A stretch of DNA of 62,388 nt, the filler included, from Coriobacteriales bacterium (GTDB taxonomy: Bacteria; Actinomycetota; Coriobacteriia; Coriobacteriales; UBA8131): NCBI GenBank assembly GCA_031263105.1. It is 5 parts of 5 records of this genome, joined end to end, with 100 filler letters (N's around TTAATTAATTAA, not from the genome) between each part and the next. Parts side by side here need not be neighbours in the genome. Positions count along the whole stretch, not along the records: positions 31,254 to 45,032 come from JAISGJ010000242.1; positions 45,133 to 58,765 come from JAISGJ010000001.1; 3 more parts are not named here. One strand, written 5' to 3'. The notes under the pieces were generated by a model, which had not been told where the DNA came from, did not search any database, and saw nothing but the letters and a program-made list of their open reading frames with translations. Both the position numbers and the translations under genes were made by a program. The first letter of the stretch is position 1, and the number at the start of each line of letters is the position of its first letter. Of the stretch, positions 42,141 to 51,310 are shown piece after piece.

Positions 42141-44852
42141 CTAGCCGAGGTCTGCGAGCTGCTGGTCGATGAGGGCGAGGGCCGCGTCCAGGTCGGCCGC
42201 GTCCAGGCGCACCTTCTCCACGACGGCAGGGTCGGCCCTGGTCAGGAAGCCCTCGTTCGACAGCTTCTGTTCGAGCTTTCCCAGCTCGGCGGAGCGCTTC
42301 TGGCGCTCCTTGGCAAGGCGGCCCCGCTCGGCCTCGAAGTCCACAAGCCCTTCGAGGGCGACGTACACCTCCAGCGACGGCGCGACCGTCACCGAGGACT
42401 GAGGGGGCTTCACGGCATCGGGGGAGGCCGTGAAGCACGCGGTTCTCGCCATCGCCTCCACCTGTGGCGCCTGGCCCATGAGCAGGGAGGCCAGGGCGGC
42501 ACCGTCCGCACCGCTCGTCCGCACCGTCACCGCAAGCGGCTCCTTGGGAGACAGGCCGTAGCGTGCGCGCGTGCCGCGCACCGCGCCCACCACCGCGCAC
42601 AGCGCGTCGATTGCACGCTCGGCCTGCACGTCGATATGGGGGGCGAGGTCTCCGGCATCGGGCCAGGCGGCGACCATGAGCGAAGGGCGCGTGTCGCCGT
42701 GCGGCAGGGAGAGCCAGATGCGCTCCGTCAGGAAGGGCATGAGGGGGTGCAGGAGGCGCAGGGCCGTGTCGAGCACATAGACGAGGTTCCGCTGCGCGGC
42801 GACGCGCTGCACCCGGCCTGCAGCAAGCTGGCCCTTGGAGAACTCGATGTACCAGTCGCAGAACTCGCTCCAGAAGAAGCGGTAGAGCGCACGGGCATCG
42901 GCGCCGAAGTCGTAGCCTTCCTGCCCCTCGGCAAGCCCTGCGGTCAGGCGGGCGAGGCGCGAGAGTATCCAGCGGTCGGCATCGGTGGCGACAAGCGGAC
43001 GGATGCGGCCGCCCTGCCCGTCACGCGCCGCATCCAGGTCGAAGTCCTCAAGGTTCATGGCCACGAAGCGCGCGGCGTTCCATATCTTGGTGGCGAAGTT
43101 GCGCGCCATCGTCATGATCTTGTCCTTGTCGAACTTGAGGTCCTGCGAGCCGGTGACCTGCAGCGCGAGACCGAAGCGCATGGAGTCGGCGCCGTACTCC
43201 TCGATGAGCTCGAGCGGATCGATGCCGTTGCCGCGCGACTTGGACATGGGGACGCCGTGCTTGTCGAGCACCGTGGGGTGGATGAGCACGTCCTCGAAGG
43301 GCACCTTCCCCTCAAGGAAGTACAGCGAGCTCGTCACCATGCGCGCCACCCAGAGGAAGATGATGTCGCGCGCCGTGGAGAGGACCTGGGTCGGGTAGTT
43401 CGCGGCAAGCTCCGCGTGCGCGGCGGCATCCGGCCAGCCTGTGGTCGCGAAGGGCCACAGCTGCGAGCTGAACCACGTGTCGAGCACGTCCTCATCCTGC
43501 CGTGCCGGCTCGCCGCAGACCGGGCAGAGCTCCACGTCGGTCTCCGAGGCGTCCGTCCAGCCGCAGGCGTCGCAGTAGAAGACGGGGATGCGATGGCCCC
43601 ACCAGAGCTGACGCGAGATGCACCAGTCGCGGATGTTCTCCATCCATTGGAAGTAGACGTTCTCCCAGCGCTGCGGGTTGAACGCGACGCGGCCCTCGCG
43701 CACGGCGGCGACAGCGGGCGCAGCAAGCGGCCTCATCGAGACGAACCACTGCTCGGAGAGCCACGGCTCGATGGTCGTGTTGCAGCGGTAGCAGTGCCCG
43801 ACCGCATGGCCGTGCTCCTCGACGTGGTCGAGGAGGCCCAGCTCCTCGAAGGCACCGACGACCGCCTCGCGCGCCTGCTCGCGCGTCATGCCCGCGAAAC
43901 GTCCGCCGTTGGCGTTGATGACGGCCTCCTCGGTAAGGATGTCGATCTGCTCGAGGCCGTGGCGCTGACCCATGTCGAAGTCGTTGGGGTCGTGTGCGGG
44001 GGTGACCTTGACCGCGCCGGTGCCGAAGGAGGCATCGACATAGTCGTCGGCGAACACCGGGATCTCACGGCCCGTCAGCGGCAGCAGCACCCGTGCGCCC
44101 GCCTCGACGAGCGCTGCGTAGCGCCCGTCCTGCGGGTTGACGGCCACGCCCGTGTCGCCGAGCATCGTCTCGGGACGCGTGGTCGCCACCACCAGGTAGC
44201 TCGTCTCCCCTACCGGCTCGACCAAGGGGTAGCGCAGGTACCACAGGTGCCCGTCCTCCTCCTGATGCTCGACCTCGTCGTCGGCGAGCGCCGTCGTGCA
44301 GCGGGGGCACCAGTTGATGATGCGGTGGCCCCGGTAGACGAGGCCTGCCTTGTACCATTCGACGAAGACCTTGCGGACGGCCGCCGCATAGCCCGCATCC
44401 ATGGTGAACTGCTCGTGGGCGAAGTCGCAGCTGCACCCCATGCGCTTGAGCTGCCCGATGATGGTGGAGCCGTACTTCTCGCGCCACTCCCAGCATGCCT
44501 CGACAAAGGCCTCGCGCCCCACGTCGAAGCGCGTCCTGCCCTCGGAGGCGAGCTTCTGCTCCACCCGGTTCTGCGTGGCGATGCCCGCATGGTCCGTCCC
44601 GACGACCCAGCGCGTGGGGCGGCCCTGCATGCGCGCCCTGCGGACGAGGACGTCCTGGAGCGTGTTGTTCAGCGCGTGCCCCATATGGAGCATCCCGGTC
44701 ACGTTGGGAGGCGGGATGACCACCGTGTACGGCGCCTTGAGCGCATCGGCGAAACCGGCCGCGTCACGGTCGAAGTAGCCGCGTGCGTTCCAAGAGGCGA
44801 ACAGCGCCTCCTCCATCTGGCCATGGTCGTAGCTTTTGGGCAGGTCGGTCAC
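42141..44852 (-). CDS. valS: Valine--tRNA ligase
   Basis: PPPNVTGMLHMGHA, DWCISRQLWWGH, DVLDTWFSS and MSKS motifs; C-terminal coiled coil. Confidence 0.97.
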   Translation of the reverse strand: MTDLPKSYDHGQMEEALFASWNARGYFDRDAAGFADALKAPYTVVIPPPNVTGMLHMGHALNNTLQDVLVRRARMQGRPTRWVVGTDHAGIATQNRVEQKLASEGRTRFDVGREAFVEACWEWREKYGSTIIGQLKRMGCSCDFAHEQFTMDAGYAAAVRKVFVEWYKAGLVYRGHRIINWCPRCTTALADDEVEHQEEDGHLWYLRYPLVEPVGETSYLVVATTRPETMLGDTGVAVNPQDGRYAALVEAGARVLLPLTGREIPVFADDYVDASFGTGAVKVTPAHDPNDFDMGQRHGLEQIDILTEEAVINANGGRFAGMTREQAREAVVGAFEELGLLDHVEEHGHAVGHCYRCNTTIEPWLSEQWFVSMRPLAAPAVAAVREGRVAFNPQRWENVYFQWMENIRDWCISRQLWWGHRIPVFYCDACGWTDASETDVELCPVCGEPARQDEDVLDTWFSSQLWPFATTGWPDAAAHAELAANYPTQVLSTARDIIFLWVARMVTSSLYFLEGKVPFEDVLIHPTVLDKHGVPMSKSRGNGIDPLELIEEYGADSMRFGLALQVTGSQDLKFDKDKIMTMARNFATKIWNAARFVAMNLEDFDLDAARDGQGGRIRPLVATDADRWILSRLARLTAGLAEGQEGYDFGADARALYRFFWSEFCDWYIEFSKGQLAAGRVQRVAAQRNLVYVLDTALRLLHPLMPFLTERIWLSLPHGDTRPSLMVAAWPDAGDLAPHIDVQAERAIDALCAVVGAVRGTRARYGLSPKEPLAVTVRTSGADGAALASLLMGQAPQVEAMARTACFTASPDAVKPPQSSVTVAPSLEVYVALEGLVDFEAERGRLAKERQKRSAELGKLEQKLSNEGFLTRADPAVVEKVRLDAADLDAALALIDQQLADLG

Positions 44853-45032
44853 GGGCGCGAAGCCTCCTTGCGACGAGGGTCAGGGTAGAGATGCCCCTCG
44901 CAACCGACACGCGGTCACAGGAGGCTTGCAGGTCTTTTGCCTGTGTGGACAATGGTAGCACAAGGTCTTCCCTCCAGACACTTGACAGGGGGGGGGGGGG
45001 GGGGCCCAATGTCAAGGATGCCAAACGGCGTT

Positions 45033-45132
45033 NNNNNNNNNNNNNNNNNNNNNNNNNNNNNNNNNNNNNNNNNNNNTTAATTAATTAANNNNNNNNNNNN
45101 NNNNNNNNNNNNNNNNNNNNNNNNNNNNNNNN
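45033..45132. other. Artificial contig spacer
   Basis: N44-TTAATTAATTAA-N44. Confidence 0.99.
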
Positions 45133-45284
45133 AGCGCCATTCCGGGGGCTTCGCATTCGCTGTGCGGCCCCCGGCAGTCACTGTTACCCGCTTCGCGGAA
45201 TCATGTTACCCAGATTTCAGAACAGCGTTACCCGACCGGCGGAATATCCACAGATATCCTCGGTACTCGGTTACGGTATGCACG

Positions 45285-45761
45285 TCAATACCGCACGAGT
45301 GCGTTGGCGGTTATGAACAAGTTACGGCGCGCAAACTCCTCGGGGGAGTTCCTTTTCAATGACTCTGCCAGCCGGGAAGGTATCTGCTCGGCTGTGTAGC
45401 CGGCATAGTCCGGCTCATTCAGAAAGTACAGAGGGTCGTCCACCCAGCCAGGGACTCGCAGCCCGTAATCATGTGCCAGCTTCTCGGCTTCGGCGGCGCA
45501 ATGGGCATAAAAGTACTTGTCAACCTTGGGGGAGGATGAAGGGGGCGGCTCAAGGTCGATGAACGACTGCCTTGTTTCTTGCGGTGCGCTATAGAACTCG
45601 TCGAGGAAGTTGCCATTGACAATATGGTCGGCAACGCCAATCTCCAACTGCCTTACCATTTCAGGAAAGTTGAGGGCACGGCTGCGCCCGAGCGCGGCAT
45701 CGTCGCGTACAAGGGGGATGCGTGTTTCTTTGCCTGCCGTGATGACCGTTTGAGACCTCAT
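45285..45761 (-). CDS. Hypothetical protein (lower GC)
   Basis: 158-aa ORF with AGAGGA upstream; ends VPGWV...SPEEFARRNLF. Confidence 0.7.
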   Translation of the reverse strand: MRSQTVITAGKETRIPLVRDDAALGRSRALNFPEMVRQLEIGVADHIVNGNFLDEFYSAPQETRQSFIDLEPPPSSSPKVDKYFYAHCAAEAEKLAHDYGLRVPGWVDDPLYFLNEPDYAGYTAEQIPSRLAESLKRNSPEEFARRNLFITANALVRY

Positions 45762-45903
45762 GCGGATTCGTGCGCTTCCTCTTGTCCTGCGATATGCTCC
45801 CTGCCAGCCGAGTGGCGAGGCGGAACTTCGATAGTCACAGTATAGCAGCGCATCACGTGCGCTACACGCACTTTCCCAAGGCGTGATAACTACGGTGCCT
45901 TTC

Positions 45904-46162
45904 GGTTACACGTCACACCCCACTGTCATTCCGAGCTCCGCCGAGGAATCTTTGGACACGCAGTGTCCAACGGCAGGTCAGGGGACCCTTCGACCTGCGG
46001 TCGACCGCTTGCGCGGTCGAGGATTCCTCGACAGGCTCGGAATGACAGTGGGAGCTCGGGATGACAGTGGGAGCTCGGGATGACAGTGGGAGCTCGGGAT
46101 GGCAGTGGGAGCTCGGGATGGCAGTGGGAGCTCGGGATGGCAGTGGGGTGTGACGTGTAACC
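45904..46162. repeat. REPIN/MITE-like element with long outer inverted repeats and five extra 19-bp right-end copies
   Basis: GGTTACACGTCACACCCCACTG.../...CAGTGGGGTGTGACGTGTAACC; (GGAGCTCGGGATGRCAGTG)x5 at 46051-46145. Confidence 0.92.
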
Positions 46163-46183
46163 TTTTGTGCGGTAACACGCCTT

Positions 46184-46696
46184 CTAGTGGATTTCCTCCG
46201 CCTCCTTGCAAAAGGCGTAAGTGCGGGCGTAGTCGTCTTGGTAGGCCGTCACCTCGGCGGTGAGGGCTGCAAGCTCCTCGTCGCTGAGGGCGTGGTCCTC
46301 CAGAGGGGCGTCGGGGGCGAGGCCGACGGCCTTGAGGCGTTGGGCGAAGGCCGTTCGGGCGCGCTCCATGGGGGCCTTCTTCGAGTGGCGGAGGTCGTCG
46401 TACATGCGCACCAGGGCGAGGTTGCGGCCCTCCTCCTCCTTGTCGTCGGCGTCGGAGGCGCGCTTGGCGTCACGCAGGGCCTGCAGGAAGAGCTCCTCGT
46501 GGCGCTCGGAGGCCGCTGCCGCCGCATGCGCCTCCTCGCGGAGCGCGATCAGCTCCCGCGCCTCGCGTGCCCGCGCAAGCTGTGTGTCCTTCTCCTGTAT
46601 GTCCTCAAGCCGTCCAAGGAGCTCTTCGAGATGCGCGAAGGCGGCGTCCCGTTCCTGTGCGTCGGCCCCGTCGGCCCTGTCACCCTTGTCGTCCAA
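46184..46696 (-). CDS. Helical hypothetical protein, paralog of 52687-53244
   Basis: GAGGAGG RBS + TTG; shares QEK...AREAR and YQ..YA..Y..CK with the paralog. Confidence 0.8.
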   Translation of the reverse strand: MDDKGDRADGADAQERDAAFAHLEELLGRLEDIQEKDTQLARAREARELIALREEAHAAAAASERHEELFLQALRDAKRASDADDKEEEGRNLALVRMYDDLRHSKKAPMERARTAFAQRLKAVGLAPDAPLEDHALSDEELAALTAEVTAYQDDYARTYAFCKEAEEIH

Positions 46697-46843
46697 AGCG
46701 TCCTCCTCATCGTCGCCACACGGCGTCTTCCCAGCGATTATAGCAGGAGCCGCCAGAGGTGCCCGCTTCGGGTCTCTGGCGGCTCCTTGGCTCCGTGGCT
46801 GCCTTGGTTGAGCGGCAGGCCTTGGGCGCCTCTGCCCCGCGCC

Positions 46844-48805
46844 CTATGCCGGAGGCGCGGGCTGCTCCTTGGGGAAGCCCTCGGCGGTCCAGGCGTTCAC
46901 GGTGCCGAGCGGGAGGCCGGGCATGGGGTCGCCGGGCTTCAGTGCAGGCTCGTAGACGCCCGCCAGCTGCTTGCCGAGGTCGTAGCCGTAGGTGATGCAG
47001 CGGCCGTGGCTGTTGCCCGCCACGTTGATGGGGTAGTCGACGGCGATGGCGCTGCCCACCATGTTGCCTGTGACATAAAGCCCCTCGATGGGCTTGCCGT
47101 CGGCATCGAGGGCCGCGAAGTCCTCGTCGCATTTGAGCCCTGCGGGGATGGCGAGGATGGCGGGGCCCACCTTGGTCGCGTAGAAGGGCGGCTCCTTGAT
47201 GGGGGTGAGGAAGGTCGCCTCCTTGAAGAAGTCGGTGTCGGACTTCGCGTCGCACATCTGGTTGTAGCGGTCGACGGTCGCCTTCAAGGTGTCGGCAGGG
47301 ACGTGGATGAGCTCGGCCAGCTCCTCGATGGTGTCCGCCTCCCAGGCGGGCTGGGTCCAGGTGACGGGGTCGGTGGCCGCATCCGGCTCCTTGCCGAGGT
47401 CGAGCCAGCTGGGAGCGCCCGTCGTCGGGTCGCCGTCGAACAGCTGGGCCCTGAAGCTCTCCGCAGCCGTCGAGGTGGGCGTGCCGAAGGGACGGAAACT
47501 GTCCCAGAACATGCCGCCGCCGAAGCCCACGGTGTCCGTGATGTCCTGCAGCCAGTTGGAGTCGAAGATGGAGAAGGCGCGCTGCTCGGGCTGGCGCACC
47601 ATGTTGTTCGACTTGCCCTGCACCCAGGTGTCCTCGCAGAAGAAGCGCTCGCCGTTGATGTTGACGAACAGGAAGGCCGCATGGAACCACGTGAAGGCCT
47701 GGGGGTGCATCATGGTCGGGCCGGGGAGGTCCACCATCTGTGCGCCGGCCCACATGCCCATCTTGTGGCCCTCGCCGTTGTTGACGGGCGCGTCGCTGTT
47801 CCAGCCGGAGGGCACGCTGGTGGGGGTGTACTGCGTGCGCTCGAGCGGGTAGGGCAGGGCGATGGGCGCATAGGCCTTGACCATCTCCGGGTCGCCCGAG
47901 ATGTCGCCGGTCGCCAGGACGACGCCCTTGCTCGCGTTGACGCGCGCGTAGGTGCCCTCGGCCGTCTCGATGACGGCGCCGACGACCTTCCCGCCTTCCT
48001 TGATGAGCTGGACCGCCGGTGCATTGAACATGAACTCGGCGCCGGCGCTCACGGCGTCGGCGTGGCAGAGCGTCGCCGGCAGGAAGGGGTTGTACTCGAA
48101 GGGCGGCTCTGCGTCGGGGTTTTCAGGGTCGGGCATCAGGAAGGTCATGTGGTAGCCGGGGACCTCCGACCAGACCTTGTCCTTGGAGAAGAAGTCGCCC
48201 ACCATGACGAAGGCGCCCACGGCATCGACCTTGTCGAGCAGCCAGTTGGAGGCGCGCTCGCTGTCACGGAAGAACTTCGCGACAAGGGGCTCGGTGGAGC
48301 GGCTCCCCGTCTGGGCGATCCAGTGCGCATAGGCGTCCGTCTTGTCGAAAGTGGCGCCCACGGCCTCCATGTAGCGCGAGTTGATGGCGCCGAAGCCGCC
48401 TCCGCGCCCGTTGAAGTTGGGGCACTTCTCGACCACGAGCACCTGGGCACCGCTCTCGGCGGCCGAGCAGGCGGTTGCCAGCCCCGACATCCCGGCCCCT
48501 ATGATGAGGATCTCGGTGTCTATCGTCTCGGCGAACTCGGTGATGGGCTCGGGCGCGGTCTCCCAAGGCAGCCCGCCGCTGCTCACAGGGGCGGTCGCGT
48601 CCGGGGCCGTGGCACCGCCGGGGGCGTCGCCGGCAGGCGCGTCGCCCCCGGCCGGCTGCTGGGGCGCACAGCCGGCCAGGCCCGCTGCGGCAAGCGCCCC
48701 AGCGGCCGCCGCGCCGGTCAGGAAGCTCCTCCGGGAGATGGCGGAAGGATCCTGGGCCGCCGTGGCGCCCACCCCTTCTGTCGACAGGTCTTTCGTTTCC
48801 TTCAT
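46844..48805 (-). CDS. Tat-exported FAD-binding lipoprotein reductase (flavocytochrome c/fumarate reductase-like family)
   Basis: SRRSFLTG, LAGC, IIGAGMSG, VVLATG, GLYVTGN and GNSHGRC motifs. Confidence 0.92.
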   Translation of the reverse strand: MKETKDLSTEGVGATAAQDPSAISRRSFLTGAAAAGALAAAGLAGCAPQQPAGGDAPAGDAPGGATAPDATAPVSSGGLPWETAPEPITEFAETIDTEILIIGAGMSGLATACSAAESGAQVLVVEKCPNFNGRGGGFGAINSRYMEAVGATFDKTDAYAHWIAQTGSRSTEPLVAKFFRDSERASNWLLDKVDAVGAFVMVGDFFSKDKVWSEVPGYHMTFLMPDPENPDAEPPFEYNPFLPATLCHADAVSAGAEFMFNAPAVQLIKEGGKVVGAVIETAEGTYARVNASKGVVLATGDISGDPEMVKAYAPIALPYPLERTQYTPTSVPSGWNSDAPVNNGEGHKMGMWAGAQMVDLPGPTMMHPQAFTWFHAAFLFVNINGERFFCEDTWVQGKSNNMVRQPEQRAFSIFDSNWLQDITDTVGFGGGMFWDSFRPFGTPTSTAAESFRAQLFDGDPTTGAPSWLDLGKEPDAATDPVTWTQPAWEADTIEELAELIHVPADTLKATVDRYNQMCDAKSDTDFFKEATFLTPIKEPPFYATKVGPAILAIPAGLKCDEDFAALDADGKPIEGLYVTGNMVGSAIAVDYPINVAGNSHGRCITYGYDLGKQLAGVYEPALKPGDPMPGLPLGTVNAWTAEGFPKEQPAPPA

Positions 48806-48836
48806 GGTTGGCTCCATTCCTGTATACGTGTCCTTG

Positions 48837-48866
48837 CCGACCGCGCCACGCCTGTGGCGCGGTCGG
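48837..48866. terminator. 13-bp perfect intergenic hairpin between two flavoprotein genes
   Basis: CCGACCGCGCCAC-GCCT-GTGGCGCGGTCGG; no U-tract, so it may be a stabiliser rather than a terminator. Confidence 0.5.
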
Positions 48867-48899
48867 GTAACGCATTGGGTGCCTCGATGCCTCAGTCCG

Positions 48900-50840
48900 T
48901 CACAGCTTCGCCAGGTCCTTGCCGAGGAGGTAGGAGAGGGTGCAGCAGACGCCGCCGAGGTTCTGGCCGAACACGACGAAGTTGTAGGTGGTCGCGTAGA
49001 AGTCGCCCGTCATGATGCCGGTGTTGTACAGGCCGGGGATGGGGGTGTCGTCCTCCTCGCAGACCTGCATGTCGTCGTTGGTGCGCAGGCCGCCGCAGAC
49101 GGTGAGGAAGGTCGAGCTGCTGGTGCCGGCCTCGCACGAGGAGGCGTAGAAGGGCGCGGTCTCGATGGGGTGCAGGGCACTGGGGTCCACGTGGAACTCC
49201 TCGTCGACGCCTTGCTTCGCGTAGCGGGTGTAGTCCTCGATGGACTGCTTGGCGGCTTCGGCGTCGAAGGCGGGATGCGCCTCCTTGATCTGCGCCAGCA
49301 GGTCGTCTATCGTGTCGGCCTTGAAGTTCGTCTTGGGGGCGTTCGGATCGACCGCACCGAAGGGGCTTTCCGGCGCGTCGGGGTCGGGCGGCGGCGGGTC
49401 GGCCTGCATGTCCCAGCCGGCTATCAGCTGCTCGGAGGTCTGCGGCATGATGCCGTTCTCGCGTCCGACGTTGACGCCGAAGGCCTCCCACTCGTCCTGG
49501 AGGTGCGCGTAGTTGATGTCCCAGACGCCGAGCGCCCATTTATGGGGACGGTTGAGCAGGCCGACCCCGCCGTGCCCGAAGTTGACGGTCTCGCGCTGGA
49601 AGCGCCGCCCGGTCTCGTCGAGGTTGATGCCGGCGAAGTTGTCGATGGCGTTGAGCGCGGGGCCGGGGACGCCGACGTTGATCATCGGCGATATGTTGTT
49701 CTTCTGCCAGGCCGCGCCGACCCACAGCCCCATCTTCTGCCCGTCCCCGGGGAGGAGGCCGGTGAAGTTCAGCTCGATGTCGTAATTGGGGTTCTGCTCC
49801 CAGTCCCAGTTGATGATGTCCTTGTAGTTCTTGTAGGTCCAGGGCGCGTACTTCGCCATCATGTCGCGCGAGACGGAGAAGTCGCCCGTCGCCATGACCA
49901 CCGCCTTGTTCGCGACGTACTTGACGTAGCTGCCGTCCGCCTTCTGGGCGACGACGGCGCTGACGCGGCCCGTGTTGTTGTCGTCACGGACAAGATAGCG
50001 GGCAACGGTCTCGTACTCGATGCTCCCGCCGCGCTCGATGAAGGTGTCGGCATAGGCCTGTGCCTGCAGGGGCGCGCCGAACAGGGCGCCGAAGGGCTGC
50101 TCGTCGTTGAAGAAGTTATGCGAGGCCGGCGGCGAGTCGAGGATGCCGTCGGGATCCACATAGCCGGGCTCCATCGAGACCTTGAGCCCCTTGGCGGTCA
50201 TGATGTCGATCATCCAGTCCATGGACTCGGCGCTGTTGTTGACCCACTTGCTCCACAGCCTCTGGTTGTGCTGATAGGCCCCGGAGACGTTCTCGACCTT
50301 GATGAGGTGGCGGATCTCGGGCGAGTCGGGGCCGATCTCGCCGATGAGCGACTTCTGGTACTTCGAGCCGATGGAGGAGTTCGAGCCGCCACGTCCTATG
50401 GGGCGGGTGCTCGCGGAGAACAGGTGCACGTCTGCGCCTGCCTCCTGTGCCGAGACGGCGGTGCACAGGCCGGCGAGGCCGGCGCCGATGACGACGACGT
50501 CGTGGGTTATCGTCTCCGTTATCTCGGAGTCGGGGACGGGCTCCGGCGGGATCTCGAAGCTCCACTTCCTCTCAAGGACGTCGGCGGTGAGGACGTCGGG
50601 CACAGCGTCGACGGGCGCGGCGTCCGGCGCGGCCGTGGCCCCTGCGTCACCTGCTGCGGGCGGCGGCTCCTCGTTCGGCGTCTGCGGTGCGCAGGCCGCA
50701 AGGCCGCCGGCTGCGACGGCGGCACCTGCGACGGCGGCGCCCTTCAGCAGGTCGCGCCTCGAGATACCGGTGCGCATGTTCCGGTAGATCAGCTCGTCGG
50801 GCACGTATGCGCCTACGTCCCTCTCCTTCTTGTCTTTCAT
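48900..50840 (-). CDS. Tat-exported FAD-binding lipoprotein reductase
   Basis: SRRDLLKG, LAAC, VIGAGLAG, VMATG and GLYNTG motifs; GAGGAGGA RBS. Confidence 0.92.
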   Translation of the reverse strand: MKDKKERDVGAYVPDELIYRNMRTGISRRDLLKGAAVAGAAVAAGGLAACAPQTPNEEPPPAAGDAGATAAPDAAPVDAVPDVLTADVLERKWSFEIPPEPVPDSEITETITHDVVVIGAGLAGLCTAVSAQEAGADVHLFSASTRPIGRGGSNSSIGSKYQKSLIGEIGPDSPEIRHLIKVENVSGAYQHNQRLWSKWVNNSAESMDWMIDIMTAKGLKVSMEPGYVDPDGILDSPPASHNFFNDEQPFGALFGAPLQAQAYADTFIERGGSIEYETVARYLVRDDNNTGRVSAVVAQKADGSYVKYVANKAVVMATGDFSVSRDMMAKYAPWTYKNYKDIINWDWEQNPNYDIELNFTGLLPGDGQKMGLWVGAAWQKNNISPMINVGVPGPALNAIDNFAGINLDETGRRFQRETVNFGHGGVGLLNRPHKWALGVWDINYAHLQDEWEAFGVNVGRENGIMPQTSEQLIAGWDMQADPPPPDPDAPESPFGAVDPNAPKTNFKADTIDDLLAQIKEAHPAFDAEAAKQSIEDYTRYAKQGVDEEFHVDPSALHPIETAPFYASSCEAGTSSSTFLTVCGGLRTNDDMQVCEEDDTPIPGLYNTGIMTGDFYATTYNFVVFGQNLGGVCCTLSYLLGKDLAKL

Positions 50841-50963
50841 GTCTTCCTCCTCATCCGTCTGCGTGTGCAGACCCTGTCCTTCGGGACTGCGGCCCTTTCA
50901 GGCCAAACAGCAACGGGGCGCCGGTGCGGCCCCTGCTACAGTCCCATCGCAGCAACGGTACCG

Positions 50964-51130
50964 TTACTGTGTTCACACCCCACTGTCATCCCGAGCCTGC
51001 CGAGGGATCCTCGACCGCGCCAGCGGCCGACCGCAGGTCGAGGGACCCCCTGATCTGCCGTTGGACACTGCGTGTCCAAAGATTCCTCGGCGGGGCTCGG
51101 AATGACAGTGAGGGGGGTGAACTCAGTAAC
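50964..51130. repeat. REPIN/MITE-like element (opposite orientation to the 9913 copy)
   Basis: GTTACTGTGTTCACACCCCACTGTCATCCCGAGC...GCTCGGAATGACAGTG...GTGAACTCAGTAAC. Confidence 0.9.
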
Positions 51131-51310
51131 ACGGTACCACGAAGGCGTGGGGAAACCATGGCCTCTTGCGTCCCATATGGCGCACTCATGGTAAAATGAG
51201 CCTATTCGACTCAGGGACAAAACAGGGACAACAAAGGAAGACAGGGAGAACCGGTAAAGCGGAGCATCGACATCAAGGCGGCTTCCCGCCCTCTCAGGTC
51301 GCTCAGGCTC

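Noticed and set aside
44982..45017. TTGACA-G17-CCCAAT as a second phase-variable promoter
   Set aside because: The -10 match is poor, it lies under 30 bp from a contig end, and the downstream gene is not visible.
46051..46145. CRISPR-like appearance of tandem repeats (also 8799-8985 and 26501-26538)
   Set aside because: Units are head-to-tail with no unique spacers, derive from the REP terminus, and no cas genes are present.
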